Program-made: the position numbers and the translations under genes
Notes under the pieces: generated by a model
Databases searched by the model: none
The model's input: only the letters and a program-made list of their open reading frames with translations
What the model was told of the DNA's origin: nothing
Part shown: piece after piece, positions 50,700 to 53,297 of the stretch
How the letters are laid out: every line of letters begins with the position of its first letter
Position numbering within the stretch: position 1 is the first letter of the stretch
From: Octopus bimaculoides
Lineage: Eukaryota
Reading direction: 5' to 3'
DNA: 53,297 nt
NCBI RefSeq assembly: GCF_001194135.2
Contig: NC_068989.1
Span: forward strand, 51,097,034-51,150,330

Positions 50700-51005
50700 T
50701 CATAGTCTGTATTCTGGTTACCACAACGTTTCGGCTGATGTGCTCTTCAGCCTTCATCAATTGTCTAAGTGGAATTTCGAACCCAACTCTTCGTTTATTT
50801 AGCTCTGAGTGAATCATGATTGAACACTATTTTGATATTTATTCGGCTCCAGCACTTCAGATAATCGATATCTCATGTTCCCCTTCAAAATGCAACTGTA
50901 CACTACAGGGTATGACGTGATTTATTGTTTTGGTATATGTTCTTGATATTGTTTTTAAACTTCCAGTATCTTGTAGTATATATGTGCTTAGTAGACGTGT
51001 CATCA
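50700..51005 (-). mobile_element. 3' remnant of a Penelope-like element with a hammerhead-like terminal motif
   Basis: Hammerhead-like motif at 50721-50770; the upstream frame TSTKHIYTTRYWKFKNNIKNIYQNNKSR weakly resembles a GIY-YIG C-terminus. Confidence 0.5.
50721..50770 (-). ncRNA. Decayed minimal hammerhead-like motif
   Basis: TTGATGA plus A, then GGCTGA-AGAGCACA-TCAGCC (6-bp stem II), then GAAAC-GTT; stem I is broken in this copy. Confidence 0.55.
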
Positions 51006-51018
51006 ATTCGAAATCACC

Positions 51019-51703
51019 AGGCGCAGAATTGGCTGCGTGGTAAGTAGCTTGCTTACCAACCACATGGTTCCGGGTTCAGTCCCACTGCGTGGCACCTTGG
51101 GCAAGTGTCTTCTACTATACCTTTGGGCTGACCAAAGCCTTGTGAGTGGATTTGGTAGACGGAAACTGATAGATGCCAGTCGTATATATGTGTATATATA
51201 TTTTTATATATATATATATNNNNNNNNNNNNNNNNNNNNNNNNNNNNNNNNNNNNNNNNNNNNNNNNNNNNNNNNNNNNNNNNNNNNNNNNNNNNNNNNN
51301 NNNNNNNNNNNNNNNNNNNNNNNNNNNNNNNNNNNNNNNNNNNNNNNNNNNNNNNNNNNNNNNNNNNNNNNNNNNNNNNNNNNNNNNNNNNNNNNNNNNN
51401 NNNNNNNNNNNNNNNNNNNNNNNNNNNNNNNNNNNNNNNNNNNNNNNNNNNNNNNNNNNNTGTATGTATGCATGCGTGTGTATATGTTTGTGTGTCTGTG
51501 TTTGTCCCTCAACACTGCTTGACAACCGATGCTTGTGTGTTTACGTCCCCGTGACTCAGCGGTTCAGCAGAAGAGACTGATAGAATAAGTACTAGGCTTA
51601 CAAAGAATAAGTCTTGGGGTCGATTTGCTCGACTAAAGGTGGTGCTCCAGCATGGCCGCTGTCATATGACTGATACAAGTAAAAGAGTAAACGAGTAAAA
51701 GAG
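51019..51703 (+). mobile_element. Full-length tRNA-derived SINE family 1 (gap inside its internal microsatellite)
   Basis: A-box TGGCTGCGTGG, B-box GGTTCAGTCCC, body matching 21307-21630, tail GTAAAAGAGTAAACGAGTAAAAGAG; no TSD seen. Confidence 0.92.
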
Positions 51704-53089
51704 TTGTTGTTCATCTGCGCATGGGCACGGTACCGCTGTTTTGTAAATGCGTGAACATTCGATGTATTATTGGCACACTGTGCGAGATGGGCCCTAAGTA
51801 TCGGGTTTGTTTCTTGTTTGAATTTGTTACTTGGATCGCAGCTAACAATGATCCATACACGTATGGGTCCAACCGTAGATATGTGATGTGTTGCGTTAAA
51901 AAGAATTTGGACTAAAAGACGTGTTTACTTCTTTATACCTGTAGATTTTGCCAATAAAGGGATATGCCTGCTATTTTTAACAACCTTAACTACCACTTCA
52001 AAACCCAAATATAAATCTAATGTTCTCTACCTCACGATTTTGAGGTTGATGTTATGTCAGAGTCTATGAAAATTTAATACTTTGTACAAAGCACCGTGCC
52101 AATTCCATATCTATGCATTTTCTTTTATTTTGGTCGTATCTAATATGTAGGTGTGTTGAACGTGGAAATTGCGGCGTCCATCCTTTTTCGAAATGTGGAG
52201 TTGTTGTTTTTTTTTAAGTTATATAAGTTGTACATTATATTTATAGATGAAGCTAAGTTGGGTGCATTGTATCGCGGCTAAATGTGTGTACTTCATACTA
52301 CCCTTCTGTGAAAGCCAGGTTGAACAACATTTTAGGTTTTGAATGAGGAAGTTATTTCCTAATAACTCATCTTTTGTTGACAGAATTGCTAGCAGGAGTT
52401 TGCCTTTTGTCCACGGAAATGCAAGCAGATGCAATTAAGATAACTCGGAAAGTCAATTTAAAGAATATGATCTAAAAGAAATATACATAGAAGCAAAAAT
52501 GAGTCTCCATGACGCTTCCAACAATCTCACCATAAAAGGCAGCATAGCTACGTTCATATCTAGATTTATCCATACTACTATCAAAAAATGATTTGATGCT
52601 TGAATTAGGTAAACGTCTTTGATATGAAGCGTAGTAGATATTTTTTTAATTCGTTAGATCCTCAGAAGGGAATCCAGTAATTCTCCAGCTGCATATTTTA
52701 CGTTAAATACGAAATTTGAAACGCACTATTTTACAAGTTGTTGGCTATGACACAAACCGCATTGTATACATTTCATAAATATAGGAAATTGAGTGTTGTA
52801 GGGAAATTGTTGGATTGATAATTAGAAAGGAAAGATTTCTGGAGGTGTGAAATCGAAAGGTAAAAGAAATTCACTACAAACAAAACTAGATCTTCAGGAC
52901 TCGTCTGGCACACAAACGTATTGTAAATTTGCAAATCTTTTAAAATAAGTCTGTAAGGCGAGTCTTATTGCTTTTGAAACGATTAAAAATAAAAGGATTG
53001 AATCGAAACAGTAATACTGGATACTCATCAATATTACTGCGTTAAAATTGTTTACATCATACGGTATTTACCTTTTGTCTTTCATCTGT

Positions 53090-53237
53090 TTCAGTCAATG
53101 GACTGTGGCTATGCTGGAGCTCCACGTTGAAGAATTTTTAGTCAAACAAATCGAATGCAGTACTCCCAATTGTCGAAATACTAAGTTACAAGGACTAAAA
53201 TCACTAACAACGATGTGGGGGACACACACAGACATAG

Positions 53238-53297
<60 letters not shown>
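53090..53297 (-). mobile_element. SINE family 1 3' part, decayed, running into (CA)n at the window end
   Basis: The reverse complement has GTCCCC..ATCGTTG..GTAACTTAG..TTTGACTAAA..GGAGCTCCAGCATAGCCACAGTC. Confidence 0.7.

Larger units (their letters stand above)
7698..51460. other. 13 assembly gaps, about 5.6 kb: 7698-7930, 9072-9291, 11094-11516, 16219-16354, 17654-18556, 23761-24006, 26519-26878, 28053-28600, 38389-39073, 42213-42982, 48251-48610, 49829-50315, 51220-51460
   Basis: Runs of N read directly from the sequence. Confidence 0.98.

Noticed and set aside
51019-51100. tRNA-like sequence
   Set aside because: It is the SINE head with A/B boxes; no complete cloverleaf, and it continues into the SINE body.
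51842-51915. Possible terminal exon ANNDPYTYGSNRRYVMCCVKKNLD*
   Set aside because: Plausible acceptor only; no recognisable family or linkable upstream exon.

Overview
Eukaryotic, AT-rich, repeat-dominated window with 13 assembly gaps (about 5.6 kb of N), 12 of them abutting microsatellites. The SINE families and microsatellite density look like an octopus/coleoid draft genome (inference from recognition, no search run). Most recognisable sequence is decayed mobile DNA: a full-length Chapaev3-type DNA transposon, four mariner copies, a Helitron Rep/helicase pseudogene with an apparent intron, non-LTR fragments (Penelope-like, RTE, two R4/Dong-like, Hero-like, two L1/Tx1-like) and two tRNA-derived SINE families. 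No complete host gene could be assembled. The main leads are: (1) two phase-compatible minus-strand exons (27340-27234, 26322-26288) reading HIFCGQ|IYLLNKTAIGF, resembling a bacterial-type EndoU nuclease, with possible paralogous exons elsewhere; (2) four structurally different hammerhead-ribozyme-like motifs; (3) a modular fold-back element at 49.2-49.8 kb. Nearly all supplied long ORFs are microsatellite or N artefacts.
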